A stretch of 64,000 bases of DNA, from sequence record SRR20825006_870. One strand, given 5' to 3'. Numbering within the stretch: position 1 is the first letter of the stretch; each line of letters begins with the position of its first letter. The notes beneath the pieces are model-generated. The model searched no databases. It saw nothing but the letters and a program-made list of their open reading frames with translations, and was not told where the DNA came from. The translations under genes were made by a program, and so were the position numbers. Below are positions 18,561-27,896 of this stretch, one piece after another.

Positions 18561-18661
18561 CGCTTTCCAACTAGTCAAATAAGAATTGGCTTTTGAAATT
18601 GTCACATCAAGTTAAATGCGTTAACACCCTTGCCGAATAACTTGCTTGAGGGGAAGAAAGC

Positions 18662-19204
18662 ATGACCACCCGTGACATCGTTTTGATCGCACTTTTTGCC
18701 GCCATTATGGCTGTTCTCGGGGTGTTTCCCCCAATCACCTTGCCAGTAATCGCCGTGCCCATCACCGCGCAATCCTTGGGCGTAATGCTCGCTGGTGGCG
18801 TGCTTGGCGCGAAGCGTGGGGCGCTTTCAATGATCCTTTTCTTGGCGCTGGTCGCCGTTGGTTTGCCGCTTCTTTCCGGCGGTCGCGGCGGCGGCGGCGT
18901 GTTCTTTGGCGCTAGCGGTGGCTTCTTGATAGGCTGGGTCGTGGCTGCCTTTGTGGTTGGCCTGCTGGTGGAGCGCTTCTGGGATAATCTCAACTATATC
19001 AATGCCTTTATCGCTAGCGTGGTGGGCGGCATTGTGTTGCTTTATGCCATTGGCATTCCGTGGATTTCTGTGGTCGCAGGCATTTCGCTCGGCCAAGCCT
19101 TTACCGGCTCCATGGGCTTTATCCCTGGCGATTTGGTCAAGGCCGTGATCGCCGCATTGGTGATCGTGACCGTTTCAAAATCCTACCCGATCATTAAGAA
19201 ATAG
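18662..19204 (+). CDS. bioY: Biotin ECF transporter S component BioY
   Basis: ALFAAI, VPITAQSL..LG.KRG..GLP.LSGGRGG..GFLIG..FIPGDLVK. Confidence 0.92.
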   Translation: MTTRDIVLIALFAAIMAVLGVFPPITLPVIAVPITAQSLGVMLAGGVLGAKRGALSMILFLALVAVGLPLLSGGRGGGGVFFGASGGFLIGWVVAAFVVGLLVERFWDNLNYINAFIASVVGGIVLLYAIGIPWISVVAGISLGQAFTGSMGFIPGDLVKAVIAALVIVTVSKSYPIIKK

Positions 19205-19217
19205 CGGCGTTGCGCCC

Positions 19218-19880
19218 ATGATTGAAATTGTCTCGGCCAGTTTGGTGAAAAACGGACGGACCATCTTGTCCGACCTATCGGCCAAACTGACCGAACGCCG
19301 CATCGGCATTATCGGGCATAATGGCTCGGGCAAGTCGAGCTTTGTCAAAATGCTCAATGGGCTGGAGCCATGTACCAGTGGCCAAGTGCGTGTGGGCGAT
19401 GCAGACATTGCCGAACACCGCGCCGGCGTCGGCTTTGTGTTTCAAAACCCGGACAATCAATTGGTGATGCCGCTGGTGGAAGAGGACATTGCCTTTGGCC
19501 TGAAAAAGTCCGGCCTCAGCAAAGCAGAGATCAAAGCGCGCAGCGATGCTTTGCTTGAAAAATTCAATCTCACCCATCTGCGCGAACGCCTCACCCACGA
19601 GCTGAGCGGCGGCGAGAAACAGCTGATCGCGCTGATCGGGGTGCTGATTATGCAGCCCGAACATATTATTCTCGACGAACCCACCACCTTGCTAGATTTG
19701 CGCAATCGCGCCATGCTGATCTCCATGTTGGACAAGCTGGAGCAGCAATTGATTATCGTCAGCCACGATCTGGATTTGATGGCGCAAATGGACCGGCTTT
19801 TGCTGATCCATGACGGCAAATTGCATGCGGATGGTGTGCCGACTGAGATCATGCAAACCTACCGTAACCTCTCATGCTGA
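19218..19880 (+). CDS. bioM: ECF transporter ATPase (BioM)
   Basis: GHNGSGKS, FVFQNPDNQ, LSGGEKQ, LDEPT; follows bioY. Confidence 0.85.
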   Translation: MIEIVSASLVKNGRTILSDLSAKLTERRIGIIGHNGSGKSSFVKMLNGLEPCTSGQVRVGDADIAEHRAGVGFVFQNPDNQLVMPLVEEDIAFGLKKSGLSKAEIKARSDALLEKFNLTHLRERLTHELSGGEKQLIALIGVLIMQPEHIILDEPTTLLDLRNRAMLISMLDKLEQQLIIVSHDLDLMAQMDRLLLIHDGKLHADGVPTEIMQTYRNLSC

Positions 19881-20500
19881 TCAGCCTATATAAGCCCGGC
19901 AACAGCCTTGTGCATCGCGCCCCGGCGGGGTGGAAAATTGTGCTGCTTTTTATTTTTTGCACGGCACTGTTTCTGGTGCAGAACTGGTGGTTTCTGGGGG
20001 GGGCGATTGCGCTGGTGCTGACCAGCTATCTGCTAGCGAAATTGCCGCTATCTCTGGCATGGCAGGCGGTGCGCCCGGCGCTTTGGGTGCTGGTGCTGAT
20101 CTTTTTGGTGCAGCTTTGGTTAAATGATTGGCAGTTCGGCCTGTATGTGGTGCTGCGTTTTGCGATCATGATCGTGGCCGCAACCCTGCTGACCCTGACC
20201 AGCAAAACCAGCGAGATGATTGAAGGCATCGAGCGCAGTGTCGGCAAATTATTTGGCGCGGATATTGCGGAAAAAGTGGGTCTCGCCTTTTCACTGTCTT
20301 TGCGGTTTATCCCCATGGTGCGCGAAACCTATCAGGAAGTGCGCGAGGCGCAAAAGGCGCGCGGGTTGGGCCGCAATTGGCGGGCGCTGATCACGCCAAC
20401 CATGATCCGCACGTTGAAATCCGCCGATGATATTGCCCAAGCCATTGATGCCCGCTCTGCCGGGGCACCTTTGGGCGAGAAAGCGCCGCCCCATGATTAA
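19874..20500 (+). CDS. bioN: ECF transporter T component (BioN/CbiQ family)
   Basis: SLVHR.P..K, LRFIP, AQKARG and AIDARS XRX motifs. Confidence 0.85.
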   Translation: MLISLYKPGNSLVHRAPAGWKIVLLFIFCTALFLVQNWWFLGGAIALVLTSYLLAKLPLSLAWQAVRPALWVLVLIFLVQLWLNDWQFGLYVVLRFAIMIVAATLLTLTSKTSEMIEGIERSVGKLFGADIAEKVGLAFSLSLRFIPMVRETYQEVREAQKARGLGRNWRALITPTMIRTLKSADDIAQAIDARSAGAPLGEKAPPHD

Positions 20501-20918
20501 GCTTCGCGGTCATCATCTGCTGTGCGCGCTGACCTTTGCCGGGCGCGGCTATAGCCGCCAATTTGAGTGCGACTTCAAAGCAATTACAAAGCGCATGCGC
20601 GACAATGAGATGATGCAGATTGTGGATCGACCCGACGAGATTTGCCAAAGCGTGAAAGATTGCGACGGTAGTCACTGTTATGAACCGCGCATTGATCAAC
20701 GTGATCAACTGGCGCTGGCGGACATTTCAGCGCTGCTTGGGCGCGCGCTGAAGGTTGGCGATGAGATTGCACCTGCGGAGCTATTTACCGATAAGATGCG
20801 CGCCGCGTTCCGCGACAATCAAATTCGCCGTGGCTGCTTTGATTGCCAATGGCGCGACTTCTGCGATCAGATTGCGGCAGATGGATTTCAAAACACACTT
20901 TTGCTGGCAGACAAATGA
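20493..20918 (+). CDS. DUF1284 family Cys/His-rich putative metal-binding protein
   Basis: IKLRGHHLLC..F.G.GYS..F, DEIC, RD, C..C.W...C; ATG 20493 overlaps the end of bioN. Confidence 0.85.
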   Translation: MIKLRGHHLLCALTFAGRGYSRQFECDFKAITKRMRDNEMMQIVDRPDEICQSVKDCDGSHCYEPRIDQRDQLALADISALLGRALKVGDEIAPAELFTDKMRAAFRDNQIRRGCFDCQWRDFCDQIAADGFQNTLLLADK

Positions 20919-22306
20919 GTTCGGAAATTGTCGCGCGGATCAAACATCATCTAAGCGAAAACCCGGATCGGCCAACCCTGTTTGCCGGACAGGAGGTGCT
21001 GACTGCGGGTGCGTTGTTGGCACAGATCGAAGCGGCAGAAGCGCGGTTGCAAGAAGACGGGTCGCCTGCACAAATAGCGCTGGCCTTACCCACCTCGGTT
21101 GAGGCGCTGGTGCTGTTTATTGCAGCGTTGAATGTGGCGCGGAACACGATCTATTTTGATCCCAACTGGCCCGCGGAAACGCAGCAACGCATCTTGAATT
21201 TTGTGCAGCCAGACCTGCTGATTGATCAGGCAGCTTGGACCAGTTTGCCGGGCGGCGACGCGCCGGAAGGTGATGCGCATTATACCTGCTTTACCTCCGG
21301 CTCCACCGGATTACCCAAAGGCTGTTTGCGGCACGAAAGCTCCTGGCTGGCCAGCTTTGAAGCGGATCAACCTTTCTCTGACATTACGGCGCAATCGACC
21401 ATTCTGGTGGCCGGCAGTTTTGCCCACTCGCTGTTTACCTATGCCGCCATTCGCGGCCTAGTGGCGGGGGCGAAAGTCGTGCTGCTGCCCAACTTCCACC
21501 CCGGCGCTTTATTGCGGCAGATTGAGCGACATCATCAGGCTGTGCTATTTGCGGTGCCGACGCAATTGGACGCGCTGGTGAGTGCGGCTAAGGGCAGTTA
21601 TCCCAATTTGAGTAAGGTGCTATGCACGGGTTCGAAATTGGCCCCACACCTCGCAGTTAAGGTGAAAGAGCATTTTCCCAAGGCTGACTTGATCGAGTTT
21701 TACGGCACGTCAGAACTGAGCTATGTCGCAGCGCGGTCCGTGCAGCAAGACGATGCGGCAGGCCTTGTGGGCAAGCCGCTCGACCCGGTGCAAATCGAAG
21801 TTTTGAATGAAGAGGGGCTGCCTGTGCTGCCCGGCGAAACCGGGCAGGTTTTTGTGCAAAGCCCACTGGCCTTTAAAACTTATCTCACCGAAGCGGGGCA
21901 GCGCGATATGCCGAACCGGATCAGCGTTGGCGATACGGGCTTTATGGATACACAAGGCAATTTGCATTTGGTGGGGCGGGCCGACCGCATGTTTACCGTC
22001 AGTGGCCGCAATGTTGCCCCGGAAGAAATTGAAGCGGGCTTGCAGAAATTACCATATGTCGCCCATGCTGCCGTGTGGGGTAAAGAAGACGCAAAACGGG
22101 GCCACCAGATTGTCGCGGTACTGCAGCTGAAATCCGCGCCATCGCGCGCCCAAATCTTGCACGACTTGCGCCCGCATCTCACCCCCTATTTAATGCCGCA
22201 ATATTTGCTTGCAGCAGCAGAGTGGCCGCACACCAGTTCGGGCAAAACCGATCTGCAAAAGCTGAACGCCCAATGGCAGGCAAATCAAATGCAGGAGCTG
22301 ACATGA
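20915..22306 (+). CDS. AMP-dependent acyl-CoA ligase (YhfT-like)
   Basis: FTSGSTGLPKG, FYGTSE, GD.G, GR.D, SGK; ATG 20915 overlaps the DUF1284 stop. Confidence 0.88.
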   Translation: MSSEIVARIKHHLSENPDRPTLFAGQEVLTAGALLAQIEAAEARLQEDGSPAQIALALPTSVEALVLFIAALNVARNTIYFDPNWPAETQQRILNFVQPDLLIDQAAWTSLPGGDAPEGDAHYTCFTSGSTGLPKGCLRHESSWLASFEADQPFSDITAQSTILVAGSFAHSLFTYAAIRGLVAGAKVVLLPNFHPGALLRQIERHHQAVLFAVPTQLDALVSAAKGSYPNLSKVLCTGSKLAPHLAVKVKEHFPKADLIEFYGTSELSYVAARSVQQDDAAGLVGKPLDPVQIEVLNEEGLPVLPGETGQVFVQSPLAFKTYLTEAGQRDMPNRISVGDTGFMDTQGNLHLVGRADRMFTVSGRNVAPEEIEAGLQKLPYVAHAAVWGKEDAKRGHQIVAVLQLKSAPSRAQILHDLRPHLTPYLMPQYLLAAAEWPHTSSGKTDLQKLNAQWQANQMQELT

Positions 22307-23439
22307 GCAATGGGGTCTATATGGTGGCGGCGAAGCGCAGCGCGGTGGTGCCGCGCGGCGGCGCTTTCGTCAATTTGCGACCCCATGAGCTTGCGGCGCC
22401 GATTGTGCAAACGCTATTGCAGGAGGCTGGACTAGACACTGTGCAGATCGATCATATCGTGCTCGGCAATGGCCTCTCCGGCGGCGGCAATGTCGCTCGC
22501 ATGGTCGGGCTGGCGGCAGGTCTGGCAGAGAGTGTGCCCGCGATCACGCTGGACAGCCAATGCTGCGGTGGCATGGATGCGGTGCAAATGGCCATGCATA
22601 TGATTGGGGCGGGTGCCGCGCAGATGGTGCTGGCGGGCGGCGTGGAAAGCTATAGCACCGCACCGCGACGCATCGCGCGCGGCTTAAACGGCGCGCCCGA
22701 TCAGGAATATCAGCGACCGCCCTTTGCCCCCGACCCGACGCAAGATCCGGACATGCTGGAGGCGGCGGCGCAATTGGCGGCCACGCGCAAGATCAGCCGC
22801 GCCGCGCAGGAAGACTTTGCCATTCTGAGCCATCAAAAGGCGATGGATGCGTTGGCAAGGTTGAAGGGTGAAATCATGCCCATCGCAGACATAGACAGCG
22901 ATCAATTCACTCGCCAACTCAGCGCCAAGCTTTGCGCCAAACTGCCCGTGCTGTCGGGCGATAAAGAAACATGCATCACCGCGGCCACCACTGCCGTGGA
23001 GGCGGATGGGGCGGGGCTGTGTCTGTTGGTTTCGGAATCCGTGATGAAGGCGCATCCGCAATGGCAGGACCGTGCGGTAAAGCTATGTGGCGGCGTCAGC
23101 CGGGGCAGTGATCCGGCGATGCCAGCCTTGGCCCCGATCCCGACCATTCAGCGGATCTTGCAGCAGCTTGGACTTCGCGCGTCCGATATATCGGTGATCG
23201 AAATGATGGAAGCCTTTGCCGTGCAGGCCATGGCCTGTCTTGAGGAAACAGAGCTGCCGCTCGACCACACCAATCTCGGCGGTGGGGCCTTGGCGCGGGG
23301 CCACCCCATCGGCGCATCTGGTGCGATCAATTTGGTGCGTCTGTTTTATGAAATGCAGCGGTGTGAAGCCGGGGCTTACGGCCTGGCGGCCATCGCTGGC
23401 GCGGGCGGTTTAGGATCAGCCATGGTGATGCGGAAATGA
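22303..23439 (+). CDS. Thiolase family protein (YhfS-like, atypical active site)
   Basis: GN.AR, QCCGG, AGGVES.S, DGA, MEAFA, GHPIGASG; GGAG RBS, ATG 22303. Confidence 0.88.
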   Translation: MSNGVYMVAAKRSAVVPRGGAFVNLRPHELAAPIVQTLLQEAGLDTVQIDHIVLGNGLSGGGNVARMVGLAAGLAESVPAITLDSQCCGGMDAVQMAMHMIGAGAAQMVLAGGVESYSTAPRRIARGLNGAPDQEYQRPPFAPDPTQDPDMLEAAAQLAATRKISRAAQEDFAILSHQKAMDALARLKGEIMPIADIDSDQFTRQLSAKLCAKLPVLSGDKETCITAATTAVEADGAGLCLLVSESVMKAHPQWQDRAVKLCGGVSRGSDPAMPALAPIPTIQRILQQLGLRASDISVIEMMEAFAVQAMACLEETELPLDHTNLGGGALARGHPIGASGAINLVRLFYEMQRCEAGAYGLAAIAGAGGLGSAMVMRK

Positions 23440-23870
23440 TCGAGATAAATCAGATCGCCGATTGGACGGAATATCTGGGCGCGACATTTGAGGACGCAAC
23501 GGCGCGAACAGTGACGCCAGCTCAACTGAACGCCTTTTTGCAAGCTTCGGGCGATGCAAATGAAATTCACCAGGGGGATGAGGCGATCATTCCGGGCAAT
23601 TTGCTGGTGAGCCTTGTGCCGCACTTTGTGCAGCAACATTTGAACCTTGACGACACGATCATCGGCATGACTGTCGGCTATGAAAAAATGCGTTTTAAAG
23701 CGCCGGTCAAACTTGGAGAGCCGCTGTTGTTTAAGGCGGAAATTACGCAAGTGCGGATGCACAACGATGCTGCCTATGTGACCTATCAGGTGACGTGCGA
23801 ATGCGCGGGGCAGATGGTGATGGTGCTGGAGATGCGCGACCATTATGCGCAAAAGAAAACTGCCGTCTGA
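23436..23870 (+). CDS. MaoC-like hotdog-fold dehydratase
   Basis: F...SGD.NEIH hydratase-2 motif, RFKAPV..G. Confidence 0.8.
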   Translation: MIEINQIADWTEYLGATFEDATARTVTPAQLNAFLQASGDANEIHQGDEAIIPGNLLVSLVPHFVQQHLNLDDTIIGMTVGYEKMRFKAPVKLGEPLLFKAEITQVRMHNDAAYVTYQVTCECAGQMVMVLEMRDHYAQKKTAV

Positions 23871-23891
23871 GCGGATCAAACGGCAGTTTTT
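23856..23891. terminator. Bidirectional terminator between convergent operons
   Basis: AAAACTGCCGTCTGA-GCGGA-TCAAACGGCAGTTTTT. Confidence 0.68.
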
Positions 23892-23909
23892 GGCATGAAG
23901 TTAGAGAGA

Positions 23910-24911
23910 TTAAACTCCCCAGGTCCGCTTCAGCCAGGAGGAACGTGCGGCAAGGGCAGCCCGTGCCAATTCTGATTCTGGGGCGAAGAAGTCAAAGCCG
24001 TGAAAGCCGCCGGACCAGATGTGCAACTCGCACACACCGCCCACCGCCCAGATGCGGTTGGCGAACTCCACATTTTCATCCCGGAACATTTCCGCACTGC
24101 CTGCTTCAATGAAAGCCGGAGGCAGATTGGTCAGGTCTTTGGCGCGATAGGGCGCGGCGTAAATCGAGACCTCATCGGTGCCCACACGGTCGCCCAAAAG
24201 GCATTTCCAGCCCAAAAGATTGGACGAGCGCACCCATGTGTTGCCTGCAAGATATTGATAGCTCGACAGGGTCGAGTTGGTGTCGTCAATCATCGGGCAC
24301 ATCAGCATTTGGCCCGCTAGCTTGACGCTGCCGCGATCACGGCACAACAGGGCAACCCCAGCAGAAAGCCCGCCACCTGCGCTGCCGCCCATCACGATGA
24401 TGTTCTCGGGATCAATGCCAAGCATTTCCGCATTTTCCGCCATCCAGACAAGACCGGCATAGCAATCTTCCACTGGGGCAGGATCCGGATGTTCGGGGGC
24501 AAGGCGATATTCCACCGTTGCGCCCACAATGCCAAACTCCATGATCAAATCCACCAGGCGCGGCACGTCCATGCGGCGATTGCCAACCATCATGCCGCCG
24601 CCATGAATATTATACATAGAGGGCGCAGGCTTTGCCTTGCCCTTAGCAATCTTGTCTTTCAACCCTTTGGGCGACAGCACGGAGACAATAATCTCCGGCG
24701 CGCCGTCTGGTCCGGGCACTTCATATTCGACGAAGTCGATGGGCCTGTCGCCAATGGCGGCCTCAAAAGACGGGAACATATCTTCCATGCCTGCCCGCGC
24801 GCTTGCCAAACTTTCAACGGTCATTTCGGGCGCGTCCGGTGGGGCCATTTGTGCCAGTGGACCCAGCATTTCAGGATCGTATGGTACCGGGGTTGGTTTA
24901 GGGTCACTCAT
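23910..24911 (-). CDS. Alpha/beta hydrolase, HSL-family esterase
   Basis: HGGG, EYRLAPEHP.PA..ED, GGSAGG nucleophile, HGFD. Confidence 0.9.
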   Translation of the reverse strand: MSDPKPTPVPYDPEMLGPLAQMAPPDAPEMTVESLASARAGMEDMFPSFEAAIGDRPIDFVEYEVPGPDGAPEIIVSVLSPKGLKDKIAKGKAKPAPSMYNIHGGGMMVGNRRMDVPRLVDLIMEFGIVGATVEYRLAPEHPDPAPVEDCYAGLVWMAENAEMLGIDPENIIVMGGSAGGGLSAGVALLCRDRGSVKLAGQMLMCPMIDDTNSTLSSYQYLAGNTWVRSSNLLGWKCLLGDRVGTDEVSIYAAPYRAKDLTNLPPAFIEAGSAEMFRDENVEFANRIWAVGGVCELHIWSGGFHGFDFFAPESELARAALAARSSWLKRTWGV

Positions 24912-24933
24912 TTATTTCTCCTCCAAACAAGCT

Positions 24934-25902
24934 TTACGGACCTTCGGGATCGACCACATCACGATCGGCCCAAAGTTCATCCACTGCGGCGCGCAACTCG
25001 TCACGACCAATGCGATCCACCAGTGCGATGGCACCCAGCGCCTGTTCGAGCTGTTCCATCTTGGTGGCACCAAACAAGGTGTTGATATTGTGTGGATGGG
25101 TGAGCGTGAAGGCGATGCACATTTGCGCTGGGGTTGCGTCATAGCGTTTGGCGATCTCGGCCAATTTAGGAGCCGAATCGATGATCTTCTGGCGCACATT
25201 GCCCGGATCACGTCCCACTTCACGCTCCGGTGGTGTCGGCTTGACCAGCACGCCGCCCTCCATCACGTCAGAGGATTGCATTTTGAAACCCTGCGCGAAC
25301 AATTTGGCGAACGGCTCACCATCCGGAATCGAACGGCGGGAAATGGAATATTTCAACTGCGCCATCACCGGGCCGTCGACATTTTCAGCCTTGGCAATAT
25401 CGATGCAGGACTGAATGTTGGTGGCGGACCAATTGTTGACGCCCCATGCGCGGATCAGGCCCTTTTGCTTCAGCTCCGCCAAAGACATGACCAGATCGCG
25501 CATTTCAATGGTGCTGTCGCGCACATCGCCCAGCACCACCATGTCGGAATAATCAGTGCCAACGCGGAACAGGGCATTTTCAATTTGCGGCAGGAAGCCT
25601 TTGTTTTGATCCCAAGCCTCAAGCCACAATTTTTCGGACAGCACATAATCCTCACGCTTCAATTCAGCGCCGCGCACAATCGCGGAAAACAGAATGTCGG
25701 TGAGGGGTGGTGGCGTGGTTTCCGGCGTGCCATAAACCCCCACATCAAACATATTGATGCCTGCATCTATTGCGCGGCGGATCATGCGGACCGCCAGGCC
25801 ATAATCCATGCGATCGTAAATATGCCATGACCCCAAGGAGAATAGGGGAATATCAAGGCCCGTATCTGCCAATTGATTATGGGGCACTTCTTTGTTGCTC
25901 AT
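24934..25902 (-). CDS. Aldo/keto reductase family protein
   Basis: LGSW, FDVGVY, SEK, GLIRAWGVNNW, QLKYS, LFGATK..QL. Confidence 0.85.
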   Translation of the reverse strand: MSNKEVPHNQLADTGLDIPLFSLGSWHIYDRMDYGLAVRMIRRAIDAGINMFDVGVYGTPETTPPPLTDILFSAIVRGAELKREDYVLSEKLWLEAWDQNKGFLPQIENALFRVGTDYSDMVVLGDVRDSTIEMRDLVMSLAELKQKGLIRAWGVNNWSATNIQSCIDIAKAENVDGPVMAQLKYSISRRSIPDGEPFAKLFAQGFKMQSSDVMEGGVLVKPTPPEREVGRDPGNVRQKIIDSAPKLAEIAKRYDATPAQMCIAFTLTHPHNINTLFGATKMEQLEQALGAIALVDRIGRDELRAAVDELWADRDVVDPEGP

Positions 25903-25923
25903 ATTTTGCTCCCTGAATTCTAA

Positions 25924-27030
25924 CTATGAAAGGCGCGGATCAATGACCGCTTTGATGGTGTGGTGCTGGCACATGCTGTCGAGACATTCTGACGCTTTGT
26001 TCAAGCCAACAGGCTCGGCAAAAAGCTTGTCCCACGGCATGGCATCGGCAAAGTTTTTGAAAAAGCTGATGGCGCGGGCATAGTCGGAAATATCGCCATT
26101 GAGCGAGCCGAAAATGGTCAGTTCCTTGCCCATCACCGTGCCTAACGGCACGGGACTATCCACAGGTGCAGTTGAGCCAACAATCACCACGCGCCCGCGC
26201 TGTCCAGCCATATTCACGGCCTCTTTGCCCACGCTGTTGGCACCGGCAAAATCGAACACATAATCGGCACCACGGCCATCGGTCAGCTCGTGCACCTGCG
26301 CGATCATTGCTTCGCTGCCCGCGTCAATATGAATGGTGTGGTCCGCACCAAAATGCTTGGCCATATCCAACCGATCTTGCGGCGCGCCAACCATGATCAC
26401 TTGCGCAGCGCCGGACAGCTTGGCCACAGCGGCGGCGAAGATACCCAAGGCGCCGGAGCCCTGCACCACCACACTGGATCCGGTGCGGATGGCGCCCACA
26501 CGGTCAAAGGCGCGCAACACGGTTTTGGCCGCACATCCCGCCATCGAGGCCCAGGTGTTTTTCACTTCATCCGGAATGCGCAATTTGGCGGCACCGGGGG
26601 TGACATAGGCATAATCGGCCAGTCCGGCTGTGGCGTATGGCGGTTTGTCGGAACGCTGCAAAAAGCCATAGCCGCGATTTTCGCAGGCTACAGGCTCGCG
26701 CAACACCACACAGCCATAACATTTGCCGCAGGTGGATTCTGACCAGCCAATCCGGTCACCCACCTGAAGTTCACCGCCCAAAGCATCTGTGGTGCTTTCG
26801 CCCAAGGCGACGATTTCACCGACCATTTCGTGGCCTAAAACCATGGGCAGCATGCCGGGAAAGCTCATTTTGCCTTGCCAGATTTCCACGTCCGTTCCGC
26901 AAAGTGTGGCGCAGACAATTTTGACAAGCGCAGCGCCCGGCTCAACGCTCTCGGGCAAGGGAATATCTTTAACATCAAGTGCTTTGGCATGGGCGGACAA
27001 CACCGCTGCACGGGTTTTATTGGGTACCAT
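25924..27030 (-). CDS. Zinc-binding alcohol dehydrogenase (MDR family)
   Basis: LCGTD, GHE.VG, CGKCYGC..C structural Zn site, GSGALG. Confidence 0.9.
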   Translation of the reverse strand: MVPNKTRAAVLSAHAKALDVKDIPLPESVEPGAALVKIVCATLCGTDVEIWQGKMSFPGMLPMVLGHEMVGEIVALGESTTDALGGELQVGDRIGWSESTCGKCYGCVVLREPVACENRGYGFLQRSDKPPYATAGLADYAYVTPGAAKLRIPDEVKNTWASMAGCAAKTVLRAFDRVGAIRTGSSVVVQGSGALGIFAAAVAKLSGAAQVIMVGAPQDRLDMAKHFGADHTIHIDAGSEAMIAQVHELTDGRGADYVFDFAGANSVGKEAVNMAGQRGRVVIVGSTAPVDSPVPLGTVMGKELTIFGSLNGDISDYARAISFFKNFADAMPWDKLFAEPVGLNKASECLDSMCQHHTIKAVIDPRLS

Positions 27031-27039
27031 CTTGTCCTC

Positions 27040-27774
27040 CTATGTCAGCAATTGGCCGCCATCGACGGCAAGGCTGACCCCAGTAATGTGGCTGGCCTCG
27101 TCGCTGGCGAGGAAATAGGCGGCCGGGGCCACTTGGGTGACTTTAGCGATCTGGCGCAGGGGAATGCGCGCTTCCCACATGGCCTTGGCTTCGGGATTTT
27201 CAGCAAAGCCTGCGGTCAGCGGTGTGATTACAGGGCCGGGCGCAACCGCATTGGCGCGAATGCCGAACGGGGCCAATTCGATGGCCGTGGTGCGGGTGAT
27301 CGCATCCACTGCGGCCTTGGTGGCCTCATAATGGCCCATGCCCGGGGTCGGCTGGCGTCCGCCAATAGAAGAGATATTGACGATGGCGCCCTTCTTTGCG
27401 GCCACCATCAGTTTGCCCACGGCCTCGCTCATCATCCATGTGCCCAGCACATTGACCATCAGCGCCTTTTCAAACACGGCGCTGTCCAATTCAGTCACTT
27501 GGCCATGGCCACCCACAATACCAGCATTGTTCACCAACACATCAATGCGGCCATATTGTTTGGCAATTTTGTCGACCACCGCGCCAATATTGTCGCGGTT
27601 GCTGATGTCGAGTTGATGGGATTCCACGCCGAGTTGCGTGGCGGTTTCGGCAAGCTGATCGCCATTAATATCGGCAATGATCACCTTATCCCCATGTGAC
27701 GCGAATTTTTCGGCAATGCCTTGGCCCAACCCTTGCGCTGCGCCAGTGACCAGAACGATCCGTTGTTCAGTCAT
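27040..27774 (-). CDS. Short-chain dehydrogenase/reductase
   Basis: TGAAQGLG, NNAG, YEATK, VDGG. Confidence 0.9.
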   Translation of the reverse strand: MTEQRIVLVTGAAQGLGQGIAEKFASHGDKVIIADINGDQLAETATQLGVESHQLDISNRDNIGAVVDKIAKQYGRIDVLVNNAGIVGGHGQVTELDSAVFEKALMVNVLGTWMMSEAVGKLMVAAKKGAIVNISSIGGRQPTPGMGHYEATKAAVDAITRTTAIELAPFGIRANAVAPGPVITPLTAGFAENPEAKAMWEARIPLRQIAKVTQVAPAAYFLASDEASHITGVSLAVDGGQLLT

Positions 27775-27828
27775 AACTCCTCCTAAATGGGCGTCTTCAC
27801 CTAATTGAAAAGACCATCTTGACGTTTA

Positions 27829-27866
27829 GTATACATGTGTAGAAAATAAAGTCTACAACTGGAGAA
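27829..27866. promoter_or_regulatory. Two putative TetR operator copies in the divergent promoter region
   Basis: GTATACATGTGTAGAA (27829-27844) and GTCTACAACTGGAGAA (27851-27866); consensus TTCTACA-N2-TGTAGAA. Confidence 0.6.
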
Positions 27867-27896
27867 TAAAATCACGCAAGGTGAGGAGAGCCCGCA

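Noticed and set aside
18611-18625. Fourth HpaR box upstream of bioY
   Set aside because: TTAA half-sites are 5 nt apart rather than 4, and the flanking ATATAT is absent
24637-25830. 397-aa plus-strand ORF
   Set aside because: Antisense shadow of the aldo-keto reductase and esterase genes; no recognisable motifs
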